DNA from: Bdellovibrionota bacterium
GTDB lineage: Bacteria; Bdellovibrionota_C; UBA2361; CALJRW01
Direction: 5' to 3'
Assembly (NCBI GenBank): GCA_041740355.1
Contig: JBGSMD010000063.1
Location: forward strand, 53,002-117,001
Length of the DNA stretch: 64,000 bases
A program made the translations under genes and the position numbers. Positions 20,104 through 29,708 of the stretch are shown in pieces. Below the pieces are notes generated by a model. It made no database searches, had not been told where the DNA came from, and saw nothing but the letters and a program-made list of their open reading frames with translations. Position 1 is the first letter of the stretch. Every line of letters starts with the position of its first letter.

Positions 20104-20725
20104 TATTTTTGAATATGCTGTTAAAGAACTACATGAGCGTAAATGTAAATTTGCCGTTGCTGGCGGAATAACTTCGTCTGTCTATCGCAGCGAAGTTAGA
20201 TTAACGATGGATGCAGACATACTGATCTATTCTGGAAGCGACTCTCAAAAAATTGCTGAAGAAATTTTAAACAAAATAAATTATTCTGTTTCTTCTGCAA
20301 CGATTGCTAATCTTTCCCCCGCTCCGCGAATGAATAAGAAATCTCTACCAACCCTGATTATTGTTGGCCGACCTAAAGATAAGGGAGATATTGGACTAGA
20401 TTTCATTCTCCCTGATATGCCGTGGTTCCCAAAGGCAATAAGTCGCGCGCAAGATAATTTAATTGATTTTGGGTTTGGAAAAATCCCCTGTTTAACAATT
20501 GAAGATTTTATTATTTCTAAGTTATTTGCTTATCAACTAGCTCCCAAGAGAATCAAAGATCTAGACGATCTAACTTCTGTCTTTCAAAAAAAATCAAAGC
20601 TAGATCTTTCCTATCTTTGCGCTGAGTTAGAAAGATTAAAGATTGGAATACCAAAAGAACTCTATCAAATCGCACCGAAGGCACTACGAGTTCTTAGTAA
20701 AAGAATGAAGATCTCCTCTAAATGA
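20090..20725 (+). CDS. Minimal nucleotidyltransferase (Pol-beta superfamily; AbiEii/MNT-like toxin candidate)
   Basis: NTase signature hG[GS]...DxD is present as FAVAGGITSSVYRSEVRLTMDADILI. 211 aa. Confidence 0.5.
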   Translation: MNLDDIFEYAVKELHERKCKFAVAGGITSSVYRSEVRLTMDADILIYSGSDSQKIAEEILNKINYSVSSATIANLSPAPRMNKKSLPTLIIVGRPKDKGDIGLDFILPDMPWFPKAISRAQDNLIDFGFGKIPCLTIEDFIISKLFAYQLAPKRIKDLDDLTSVFQKKSKLDLSYLCAELERLKIGIPKELYQIAPKALRVLSKRMKISSK

Positions 20726-20726
20726 A

Positions 20727-20954
20727 CTATCTATCCTTATAGAGTTCCCTCTCCAAGCTCTCCGCCACCTTTAAAATATCAGGCGAATAAGTTTTCGCTT
20801 TAACCGCAGCTTTAATGGCAGCAATCTTAGCTTTTCTTTCAGGAGTTAATTCAGGAGTAAAGCTAACTTCAATTTCTTCAACAAGTTTAGGAATTAAAGA
20901 TCTAGCATTAGACGAAGTGATACTTTGTGGAGATTTTTTTGCGGTGTTTTTCAT
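20727..20954 (-). CDS. flgM: Anti-sigma-28 factor FlgM
   Basis: C-terminal sigma-28-binding motif KIAAIKAAVKAKTYSPDILKVAESLERELY. The true start is at the internal Met MKNTAKK (76 aa). The longer ORF extension is rejected. Confidence 0.7.
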   Translation of the reverse strand: MKNTAKKSPQSITSSNARSLIPKLVEEIEVSFTPELTPERKAKIAAIKAAVKAKTYSPDILKVAESLERELYKDR

Positions 20955-21232
20955 TTTCTTTTTATAAGGCACAAGTTGACTAAGTTTCTTCAAATAGTTA
21001 GCTATAAATTTACTGACGCAAATAAAAATATTGCCTTCAATAAATGTTATGCTTAGATTTTGCTGACCTGTAACCCTATCTGAACACAAGAATAACACTT
21101 GGGGCCCAAAGCCCCAAGCTATAACCATTTGAAAAAGTGAAAAAAACCTGTAATTTACTATCGGTGCAATAATTAGCTAGCTTGAGTACTTTTTTAGATA
21201 TTTTATATTTCTTTTAACCACCTAATATTACA

Positions 21233-21697
21233 ATGAAAATAAAATTAATCTGTGGTTTTAAGTTAAAACAGGAAGAACTGTTTCAATTAGAACAATCATA
21301 TCTAAAACGTCTTAAAAACGAGTATCGGCTAGAGATTGTCGAGGTCCCTTACACAAAGAATCAGTCTGCTGATGAGATTAAGAGCCGACATCCAGCGGAA
21401 CTACTCGCCAAATCCTCACCATCAGCCTTTAAAGTGCTTTTAGCGGAAGATGGCAAATCAATGACTACCAATCAACTAGCAAGTATAGTTGATGAGAAGA
21501 AGCTAACTGGCCTAAATGAGTTACATTTTTTTATTGGTGGGCCATACGGAATTGCCAAAGATGCTTATCCTTTGTTTAATTTAAAATTAAACATTTCGTT
21601 AATGACATTCACCGCAGAATTTTGTAGGTTGATCATCATTGAACAAATTTATCGCTTGCAATGTATCAGTTTAGGCGTTCCGTATCATAAAGAGTAA
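21233..21697 (+). CDS. rlmH: 23S rRNA (pseudouridine1915-N3)-methyltransferase RlmH
   Basis: SPOUT motifs IGGPYG and C-terminal PYHKE, comparable to NHPYHRE in E. coli RlmH. Confidence 0.85.
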   Translation: MKIKLICGFKLKQEELFQLEQSYLKRLKNEYRLEIVEVPYTKNQSADEIKSRHPAELLAKSSPSAFKVLLAEDGKSMTTNQLASIVDEKKLTGLNELHFFIGGPYGIAKDAYPLFNLKLNISLMTFTAEFCRLIIIEQIYRLQCISLGVPYHKE

Positions 21698-21701
21698 ACA
21701 T

Positions 21702-22163
21702 ATGTCAGCAAAAACAAAGCCTACAAACTTAGTACTAAAGTCGATTACCGGGGATAAAGATCCTGTTCGACTTATTGAAGATTTTATTCAAGACCTGGGC
21801 TTTGATGCCGAAGAATGTTTAAACATTCGTAGCGCTGAGACTTGTCGTTGGGTTGTTCCTCTTAATGATGAAGTTCAATTAGAGCTACTCCTAGAAAACA
21901 TTAAACAAGTCTTTGGAACTATTCTTTACATGGGTGTTAACCTAACAACTGTTCCTTTAAAAGATACTCAAAATTTTTTAATTCATGCTCTGGAAACTGC
22001 TGACTCCTTAATTGGAGTTAAGGTCAGCGTTGTTGGTCATTTCTTGGTATTAAGTAGCACTGCTAATCTACATGATAAAAACATCTCCGATATTAATTAT
22101 CAAATGACAGAATTGTTACAACAAAGCGCTTGGTATCAAGGTGCCCTAACAAATAACGATTAG
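21702..22163 (+). CDS. Hypothetical protein (153 aa; YbjN-like size)
   Basis: ORF only. Confidence 0.4.
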   Translation: MSAKTKPTNLVLKSITGDKDPVRLIEDFIQDLGFDAEECLNIRSAETCRWVVPLNDEVQLELLLENIKQVFGTILYMGVNLTTVPLKDTQNFLIHALETADSLIGVKVSVVGHFLVLSSTANLHDKNISDINYQMTELLQQSAWYQGALTNND

Positions 22164-22924
22164 TAACACCGCAAAAAAAACTTATTTAATTCTTTAATAT
22201 AAAAATCAGTATTCAGATGATGAATATTATGTCCCGCATCAGACGCAATTATTAGCTTTGAATCAGGAATTATTTTCTTTACCTCTCTCGCAATCCCTAC
22301 GAACTTGGAATCTTTTTCACCATTAACCAGGGCTACTGGGCAAGTAATCTTACTTAAATCTTCCCAGTAACTTGGCATCTTTCCAGGAGAAAGATCTTCT
22401 AGAATTTTGGCTATTTGAATTGGATCATGTTCAAGTTTTTCAGAAACTATATTTTTTTGCATTTCTTCACTTAGGGCAAAAATTGGATTTTGATACCAAC
22501 TCTTAAGGAATTCTTCAAATCCAGAATCTCGAATCTGATCAGCGAGGTGTCGATCTAAGATTAATCTTTCTTCTCTTTCTTTAGAATCAGCTATCCCAGG
22601 ATTCAAGCTTTCTAAAAACAAACCGGAATAAGTCTTAGGAGATTTTAAATACAAACCTAATGCAAGTCTTGCTCCTAGTGAATAACCTACTAGAATTTTT
22701 TGCTTAGAGGGAATTGTTAGAAGTTGATCGTTCAAGGAATTTAAAAAGTCTTGATATTCTATCGCTTCACTAGTTGGAACCTCAGAGAATAGGTCAACTG
22801 AGTAAACAGCATAAGGTACATTAAGATTTTTGATGATATCAGCAAAATCTTCGGTCTTACTTAAGAAACCGGGAATAAAGATTATTCCCGTTGAGTGCTG
22901 ATTGGCGAGATGCTTAATTAGCAT
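22160..22924 (-). CDS. Alpha/beta hydrolase, probable SHCHC synthase MenH
   Basis: GxSxG motif GYSLGA. Translationally coupled downstream of menD. Confidence 0.6.
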   Translation of the reverse strand: MLIKHLANQHSTGIIFIPGFLSKTEDFADIIKNLNVPYAVYSVDLFSEVPTSEAIEYQDFLNSLNDQLLTIPSKQKILVGYSLGARLALGLYLKSPKTYSGLFLESLNPGIADSKEREERLILDRHLADQIRDSGFEEFLKSWYQNPIFALSEEMQKNIVSEKLEHDPIQIAKILEDLSPGKMPSYWEDLSKITCPVALVNGEKDSKFVGIAREVKKIIPDSKLIIASDAGHNIHHLNTDFYIKELNKFFLRCY

Positions 22925-24636
22925 TGCTGGAAAAATTCACTAGCTTGTAATCCATTGGTCACAATTTCTGTAAACGTGCTGGAGTTTGTTTGCTTAATTT
23001 TAGATAATCTTGCTTCTAGCTCACTTAAACTCTGAACTCGTGCGAAATCTAATTTAAAAGATTCGGCTATCTTTAGATAATCAAAATTATGAGTGTTAGT
23101 TAGCAAGGAATTAACGACAGGTTCCTTCAGTAAATTAAATACTGCTCCCCCTGAATTATTAACTAAGACTAAATGAAACTTATCCTTAGGTAAGAGAGAA
23201 AGAGCTGTTAAATCATGATTTAAAGCTTGGTCCCCAATAAACAAATAGGTTACTTGATCACTAGCATCTCTGGCTCCCAGAGCGGAGGAAAGAACACCAT
23301 CAATTCCCACACACCCGCGATTAGATCGAACCGTAATGTTTTTATCTTTAAATTCAGCAAAAAATTCTAATTCACGAAAGATTAGACTAGAAGAATGGTA
23401 AACCAAGGAATTAGCAGGAATACTTTTAATGAGATGATAAATTGCAGAAGCTTCTTGATACTCACTTGCAAAATCTAACTTAGATTTCTCTGATTGCTCT
23501 GCTTCTTTTTTGTGCCAATTATCTGAATATTTAGCATCCTCTTTTACTAATAACTTGTATTCTAAAGCCTTAGTATAATCAGCAAGGCTTACAAAAAAGT
23601 GATAATCAAAGTTAATCAATTCATTTTCAACAGCATCTTGTCTTTGATTTGATTCTGAAAATAAATACTTGGGACATTCTTGCTTTGATAAAAACTTCCT
23701 CAAGTTTTCAGAGACTATTCTATCTCCAAAATATAGAATTAAATCCGGATTAAAATCATCAGAAATATCTTTTAAATATAAGTTATAAAGTGATAAAGCT
23801 TGTGATCTGCCGCGTAAGTTAGAATCAATATCAGCAAGGATTGGCGCTTTGATTTTTTGAGCTAATTGATTCAATGTTTGCGCATTTGCCGGCGTTTGCG
23901 GTCCAGCAATAATTAATGTTTTTTTAGATAGGCTTAAATCATTGGCTAGCAGATCGAGCGAACCTAAATCAGGAACTGGCTGATAATTAATAAATGTTCG
24001 AAATGGCCTTTTTCTTGCTGCCCAAGTAGTCAGAATATTTCTTTGTTCAGACGATACTTGATTAAAATCAAAGGAGTCTAAAGTATAAGGTTTACGGTAA
24101 ACAAGATTTAAATGAACAGGCCCAGCTGGTAAAGTCTTGGCTGTCTGAACTAGTTGATCCAAATTAGCTAACAGCGCATCAGCAGAAAACTCATCTGACA
24201 AAGCTGGTAGATTTAAATTTAACTTAGAAAATTCCTGGTAAAAATTTACTTGATTTACAGTTTGATTAGCACGAGAGTTTTGTAATTCCCAAGGCCGGTC
24301 ACAAGTAATAATAATTAAAGGAGCCTGATCATAAAAAGCTTCCATCACTCCCGGTAATAAATTCCCTAGTGCTGTTCCTGAAGTAACTAATAAAACAACA
24401 GGATGCTTAGTTGTCTTGGCAAAAGCCTTTGCCCAAAAAGCTAATTGTCTTTCATCATTAAAAAGTTTGATATTGGTTTTGGGGTGTTGGTGGATGGCAT
24501 TAAGTAGGGGTAACATCCGCGCGCCTGGAGCAACCGCATATTGTGTAACATCTAAGCGGTACAGTTCTTCCACAATTAGCCTACTCGCTAAGTCTTGAAA
24601 CCCTTTTAAATCAGTAAATAATTTTTGTTCTAACAT
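22918..24636 (-). CDS. menD: 2-succinyl-5-enolpyruvyl-6-hydroxy-3-cyclohexene-1-carboxylate synthase MenD (ThDP-dependent)
   Basis: ThDP-binding fold with a GDQALNHD-type motif. 572 aa. Menaquinone gene context. Confidence 0.8.
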   Translation of the reverse strand: MLEQKLFTDLKGFQDLASRLIVEELYRLDVTQYAVAPGARMLPLLNAIHQHPKTNIKLFNDERQLAFWAKAFAKTTKHPVVLLVTSGTALGNLLPGVMEAFYDQAPLIIITCDRPWELQNSRANQTVNQVNFYQEFSKLNLNLPALSDEFSADALLANLDQLVQTAKTLPAGPVHLNLVYRKPYTLDSFDFNQVSSEQRNILTTWAARKRPFRTFINYQPVPDLGSLDLLANDLSLSKKTLIIAGPQTPANAQTLNQLAQKIKAPILADIDSNLRGRSQALSLYNLYLKDISDDFNPDLILYFGDRIVSENLRKFLSKQECPKYLFSESNQRQDAVENELINFDYHFFVSLADYTKALEYKLLVKEDAKYSDNWHKKEAEQSEKSKLDFASEYQEASAIYHLIKSIPANSLVYHSSSLIFRELEFFAEFKDKNITVRSNRGCVGIDGVLSSALGARDASDQVTYLFIGDQALNHDLTALSLLPKDKFHLVLVNNSGGAVFNLLKEPVVNSLLTNTHNFDYLKIAESFKLDFARVQSLSELEARLSKIKQTNSSTFTEIVTNGLQASEFFQQC

Positions 24637-26714
24637 TACTCTTTTAATTTGTCTGCAATTTGCACAATTCCATTTAAGCCTGAACGTTTAAAGACTTTCT
24701 CTTTAAGATCATTCTTAGGCTTTTTATTCCTCATGTTAAAGGAAGTAATATAATCCTCATCTATTGGGTCAATCTCAAAATCATATTTTGTTTCACCGAT
24801 TTCATTCCCCGATATTACTTCTACTGGAATATCTTCCACAAATCTACTCGGTGCCCGATAATAGCCGCCGTAACCGAAACTGGACATGGCTGAGGCCATA
24901 CTGCGCTGCTGGGCGTAGGTTAAAAAGAGTTGTTCCCTGGCTCGGGTGATTCCCACGTAACAAAGCCTTCTTTCTTCATCAATAGAATTTTCATCAATGG
25001 AACGACTGTGAGGGACTAGCCCTTCTTCTAGTCCAGTAAAAAATACTACAGGAAATTCTAGTCCCTTAGCCATGTGCAAAGTCATGAGTGATACAAAATT
25101 TGCTTCATTATCCTCCACGTTACCATTACTTTGATCAACTGCTGTCATTAAAGCGACGTGATCCAAAAATTCAGCCAATGAATCTTCTTTAGCAGAAAAT
25201 CCTTCCGCCACGGCAACTAATTCGGCAATATTTTCTTTGCGATCCTGATCTTTATCATCATCAGTTAAATTTAATTCGAGGTACTTAGTTTTCTCAAGGA
25301 TATCACGAACATTTTCTGCGACTGTTATTTGATCTTTGCGATCTTGCCAACTCTTAAGCATAATCACAAAATCAAGTAACTTGCGATTAGTGATATCAGC
25401 TTTCAATAAATACTCCCAAGCCGAAAGTCCTTGGATCTCTGCTTGATCAATAATGTTCTGTAAAGTTTGTGCTCCAATCCCACGTCGTGGAACATTGATA
25501 ATTCGGATTAATGCTTGCGTGTCTGAAGGATTATGGATTAAACGTAAGTAAGCTAAGATGTCTTTTACTTCTTTGCGTTCATAGAACTTAAAGCCACCAA
25601 AGATCTTAAATGGAATCTTCGCTCGAAGAAATGCTTCCTCTAATGCTCGTGACTGCGCGTTGGTACGGTAAAACACAGCATAGTCTTTAAAGCTACGTCC
25701 CTCAGTCATCAAATCTTCAATTTGCCTAACTACAAAATTAGCTTCTTCACTTTCATTATAAAAACTTTTAAATTCGATTAGTGCACCGTCGTTAGAGTCG
25801 GTCCAAAGCTTCTTCGCCTTGCGGTGCATGTTTTTAGAGATAATACCATGTGCCGCATCAAGAATATTCTTAGTAGAGCGATAGTTTTGCTCTAATTTTA
25901 TAGTCACAGTATTTGGATAATCTTTTTCAAAAGATAAAATATTAGTTATATCTGCACCACGAAAAGCATAAATTGACTGGTCGTCATCTCCTACTACCAA
26001 TAAATTATTTTTAGGTTGAGCTAGGTGTTGAATGATATCGTATTGAATTTTATTAGTATCTTGAAACTCATCCACTAAGATAAACTGTAATTGATTCTGA
26101 TAGAGTCGGCGGACATCGGGATGATTATTTAAAAGTTTCAAGCAGTTAAAAATTAAATCCGAAAAATCCATGGCATTATTTTGCATTAATGCTTTCTGGT
26201 AGGCATCGTAAACATCTGCTACATTATTTTTCTTATCTGCGTAATCAGGCTGGAACTCTTCAGGACCAATAAATTTATTCTTTAAGCTATCAATGACATT
26301 TAAGTAATAACTCGGTGTGACTTTATTATTATTTAAGCCCAACTTTTTTAGAATTTGCTTCATCAGGCTTTGGCCATCATTGGTGTCATAGATCACAAAT
26401 CCAGTTTTATAGCCCAATAATGGAGCGTGCCGACGAAGAATTCGCAGAGACATGGAATGAAAAGTTGAAATCCAAAGTTGCTTCGACTGGGGACCCAATA
26501 AATTCTCCAACCTCTCGCGCATTTCATTGGTAGCCTTATTAGTGAAAGTTACGGCCAAGATTCGATCTGGGCTAACACCATGTCGATTTACTAAATTCGC
26601 AACTCGATTAGTTAGGACTCTAGTTTTGCCAGTTCCAGCACCTGCTAGAATTAGGATTGGCCCGAGGTGATGATCTACTGCTTTTTGTTGTTCGGGATTA
26701 AGAGAGGTGGACAA
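24636..26714 (-). CDS. UvrD/PcrA/Rep-family ATP-dependent DNA helicase
   Basis: Motif I AGAGTGKTRVL, motif II LVDEFQDTN, motif VI VGITRAREQL. 692 aa. Confidence 0.85.
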   Translation of the reverse strand: MSTSLNPEQQKAVDHHLGPILILAGAGTGKTRVLTNRVANLVNRHGVSPDRILAVTFTNKATNEMRERLENLLGPQSKQLWISTFHSMSLRILRRHAPLLGYKTGFVIYDTNDGQSLMKQILKKLGLNNNKVTPSYYLNVIDSLKNKFIGPEEFQPDYADKKNNVADVYDAYQKALMQNNAMDFSDLIFNCLKLLNNHPDVRRLYQNQLQFILVDEFQDTNKIQYDIIQHLAQPKNNLLVVGDDDQSIYAFRGADITNILSFEKDYPNTVTIKLEQNYRSTKNILDAAHGIISKNMHRKAKKLWTDSNDGALIEFKSFYNESEEANFVVRQIEDLMTEGRSFKDYAVFYRTNAQSRALEEAFLRAKIPFKIFGGFKFYERKEVKDILAYLRLIHNPSDTQALIRIINVPRRGIGAQTLQNIIDQAEIQGLSAWEYLLKADITNRKLLDFVIMLKSWQDRKDQITVAENVRDILEKTKYLELNLTDDDKDQDRKENIAELVAVAEGFSAKEDSLAEFLDHVALMTAVDQSNGNVEDNEANFVSLMTLHMAKGLEFPVVFFTGLEEGLVPHSRSIDENSIDEERRLCYVGITRAREQLFLTYAQQRSMASAMSSFGYGGYYRAPSRFVEDIPVEVISGNEIGETKYDFEIDPIDEDYITSFNMRNKKPKNDLKEKVFKRSGLNGIVQIADKLKE

Positions 26715-26847
26715 AATCTTGCTCGTTATTTAAAAATTTCTTTTTAGCCTAATAAGATAACTTAATTTACCCCATCTAGTAAATGTTATCGCAATTTAAG
26801 CCAAAAAGTTCAGTTAAGAGTAAGAGTTTGAAGCTTTTTTAAAAGTA

Positions 26848-27024
26848 CTAAAAGGTTCTCTTTGCAACCTTCTGAAAAGCCAAGGATCTCTTTACACATA
26901 ATGGATCACTGTAATCGGAAAAGTGCTGGCTTTTTAAGTCCTGCACAAAAAGGATTACTAAGTAAACTAAAGTGCCAAGCAGCGCTAAAGTGTCTAGGCT
27001 AAAGATTGTAGTTAAGTATGTCAT
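26848..27024 (-). CDS. Possible small membrane protein (58 aa)
   Basis: Short ORF with one TM helix. A GAGG lies 7 nt upstream of the ATG. Weak call. Confidence 0.2.
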   Translation of the reverse strand: MTYLTTIFSLDTLALLGTLVYLVILFVQDLKSQHFSDYSDPLCVKRSLAFQKVAKRTF

Positions 27025-27046
27025 GTTAAAACCTCGTCTAAAATTA

Positions 27047-27085
27047 TAAACCCTCCGCAGATGAAATTTGCGGAGGGTGAGTGTC
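27047..27085. repeat. Partial copy (5' hairpin only) of the roughly 250-bp structured repeat family
   Basis: aaaccctccgcagatgaaatttgcggagggtgag matches the first 40 nt of the elements at 30688 and 37861. Confidence 0.45.
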
Positions 27086-27308
27086 ACCTGAGTCTTGTTC
27101 TCAGGTTCTAGGATATTTCTATATCAAAGCTTTATGTCTTTCAAGTATATTTCTATGTTTTAGTTAAATTCTATAAAAATGTTCTAATGCACGATCTCCC
27201 TGAGAACTTAGCAATAGAAATTAGTGAGTATTTTAAGGTAGTTATGAATTCTTGTAATTTAAGCACAATATCATAAGATACAAGCTCTTAACTTAATACT
27301 CAGTTCGC

Positions 27309-28568
27309 ATGAAGAATAACTTATCAATTTGGTTCATTCGCCTCAGGTGGTTTGCCTTCATAGCGCAGATTATTATCCTTGCTTCAACGGTTTTATTTTT
27401 TAAGGTTGAAGTTAACTGGCAAAAGATTGCCCTAATCTTATCCGCACTTCCCCTTTCCAATATCATCACAACCCAATTTCTAGTTAAAAAATTTTCGGCC
27501 CAAGCAATTACTATTTGTTTAATTTTTTTAGATACTATTATTTTATCGGCAATTCTTTATTTGTCTGGCGGACCTGCTAATCCTTTTACGATTGTATTTC
27601 TACTGCACCTAGTTCTAACTGCAGTCTTACTCGATGAGCGTTGGACTTGGGTTATGGCACTCACAACCTGTGCCGCTTATGTCTTTTTATTTTTCTTCTC
27701 TCCAGAGACTGGAAGCGATCATCAACATCATCATGGATCTTCAAACTCTTTTTCCTTACATTTATATGGAATGCTATTTGCTTTTATTACCGTAGCAGTT
27801 CTTGTTGCTTATTTTCTAAATAAGATTATTACCGAACTTCGGTTAAAAGAATTGCGACTTCAAAAACTGGAACAGTTAGCTGTAAATAGCCAACGTTTAG
27901 CATCATTAGTAACTATAACAGCAGGAACCGCTCACGAACTAGGAACTCCATTAAGTACTATTGCCGTAGTCTGTAAGGAGTTAGAACTAGAGCTCAAAAA
28001 TCTAAATCCCTCGCCAGAAATTTTAGAAGATCTGCATTTAATTCAGCAAGAAGTGGGTCGTTGCAAAGATTACCTGTCAAATTTATCAGAGAAAACTGGC
28101 GATCTTACGGGAGAAACTCATCAAAGTATTTCGGCAAGAGATTTAATAAGTCAGATTATTGCTCCACTTTATAACAAAAACCATCGATTTGAAATTGAAG
28201 GTTCAGCAGATCATATTTTAAATTTAATCCCTGTGAAATCCCTAACAATTGCTATTAGAGCTCTAGTTAAAAATTCTCTAGATGCTTCAAGTGGGAGTAT
28301 TAAGAATGTTACCATTCGCCATCAAATAATTAATAATTATAATCAAATCGAAATCATAGACTTTGGCTTGGGGATGGATCCGGAAACATTAGAAATGATT
28401 GGGGAACCATTTTTCTCTCAAAAAGATAGCAAAGATGGTTTGGGTTTAGGAGTTTATTTATCAAAACTTGTTGCCAACCAAATTGGTGGAGAGCTAACTT
28501 TCACTTCTACAATATCCCAAGGCACTTGTGCTAAATTTCGATTTCCAGTAATTCCCTGTAAAGCATGA
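27309..28568 (+). CDS. Membrane sensor histidine kinase (RegB/PrrB-like)
   Basis: Five to six N-terminal TM helices. H-box ITAGTAHELGTPLSTI. G-boxes DFGLGMD and GLGLGVYLSK. Confidence 0.75.
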   Translation: MKNNLSIWFIRLRWFAFIAQIIILASTVLFFKVEVNWQKIALILSALPLSNIITTQFLVKKFSAQAITICLIFLDTIILSAILYLSGGPANPFTIVFLLHLVLTAVLLDERWTWVMALTTCAAYVFLFFFSPETGSDHQHHHGSSNSFSLHLYGMLFAFITVAVLVAYFLNKIITELRLKELRLQKLEQLAVNSQRLASLVTITAGTAHELGTPLSTIAVVCKELELELKNLNPSPEILEDLHLIQQEVGRCKDYLSNLSEKTGDLTGETHQSISARDLISQIIAPLYNKNHRFEIEGSADHILNLIPVKSLTIAIRALVKNSLDASSGSIKNVTIRHQIINNYNQIEIIDFGLGMDPETLEMIGEPFFSQKDSKDGLGLGVYLSKLVANQIGGELTFTSTISQGTCAKFRFPVIPCKA

Positions 28569-29104
28569 CCGCCAAGAACCTACGAAATACAATCTTAACT
28601 ATTGATGATGATGGAATTTTTCGTGATCGATTAACCAAAGCTTTTGCTAAAAGAGGGTTAATCGCTGAGCAGGCAGAAAATAGTACGGAAGCATTAAAGA
28701 AAATTAAAGAATTAAATCCAGACTTAATTGTTCTCGATCTGAAGCTTGGTAATGAATCAGGGTTAGATTTAATTACTGAAATCCTAGTTCTCTGCCCCAA
28801 AACTAAAATTGTGATGCTTACTGGATATGGCACAATCGGCACGACGGTTGAGGCAATGAAAAAAGGTGTGGTAAATTATTTAACAAAACCAGTTGATGCT
28901 GATACAATCTTAGCTGCTTTTCTAGGAGAGATAAAAGTTAATTCTACAACAGGAATTCCCCCACTCCACCAAATAGAATGGGACTATATTCAAAAAATCA
29001 TTGAGCAGTGCGAAGGTAATATTACGAAAGCATCTAAGTTATTGGGATTACACAGGCGCTCATTGCAAAGAAAAATGAAAAAAAGTCCTGGCTCCCTAAA
29101 ATAA
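28565..29104 (+). CDS. Response regulator, RegA/ActR/PrrA family (receiver plus Fis-type HTH)
   Basis: Receiver with DD...D...K. C-terminal HTH ITKASKLLGLHRRSLQRKM, very close to the RegA MHRRTLQR motif. ATGA overlap with the kinase gene. Confidence 0.8.
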   Translation: MTAKNLRNTILTIDDDGIFRDRLTKAFAKRGLIAEQAENSTEALKKIKELNPDLIVLDLKLGNESGLDLITEILVLCPKTKIVMLTGYGTIGTTVEAMKKGVVNYLTKPVDADTILAAFLGEIKVNSTTGIPPLHQIEWDYIQKIIEQCEGNITKASKLLGLHRRSLQRKMKKSPGSLK

Positions 29105-29260
29105 CTTATTGTTAGTAGTTGAATTAAGCTGCGACAATCTGTCGCGTTGACTTTAAAGTTCCCCTTAGGCATATCTACGACTCAGAATACATACAACCAA
29201 TGTCCTCTAGAGGGATTATCCATTGGTTTAACTAATACAAACTTTTTAAGTATTTAAATA

Positions 29261-29701
29261 ATGAAAAATAAATTATTCCCTGTTATGTCGGCAGCACTTC
29301 TTAGCTTACTTTTTCTTTCCGCCTGCGGAGGAAGTAGCTCCAATGATAAAAGTGTCATAATCGAAGGGGATCTAAATCAAGGGGCAAGCTCTGACCATAA
29401 GTTATTCAAACATTCCGAAGGTGAGCACATTGGAGAAGTTGAAATCTGTGCCTTAGGTGAATGTTCGACCACTAATACTGAAGGAGAATGGGGTTTTGCG
29501 ACTTCGGAGGATCTAAACGGCAATGAAGTTTCTTTTAAATTTACGGGTCATGGCATTGATACGACAACAATCGTAAAAATTCCAGATGCTGAAGAAAATG
29601 TATTAATCAAATTTGTGCATAGTGCCAATGTTGTGACTATTGCTGAAATGTTAGTTGATGGACAGGAAGATCATTCTAATCATGACCACGCTCACGAATA
29701 G
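29261..29701 (+). CDS. Lipoprotein with C-terminal His-rich tail (metal-binding candidate)
   Basis: Lipobox LSACGG. C-terminus HSNHDHAHE. Confidence 0.5.
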   Translation: MKNKLFPVMSAALLSLLFLSACGGSSSNDKSVIIEGDLNQGASSDHKLFKHSEGEHIGEVEICALGECSTTNTEGEWGFATSEDLNGNEVSFKFTGHGIDTTTIVKIPDAEENVLIKFVHSANVVTIAEMLVDGQEDHSNHDHAHE

Positions 29702-29708
29702 TTCTACA

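Noticed and set aside
20955-21128. N-terminal extension of the FlgM ORF
   Set aside because: FlgM proteins are about 80 to 100 aa. The extension is hydrophobic nonsense that overlaps the convergent NTase gene region.
28531-28842. 103-aa minus-strand ORF over the HK/RR junction
   Set aside because: It is antisense to a strongly supported two-component operon.
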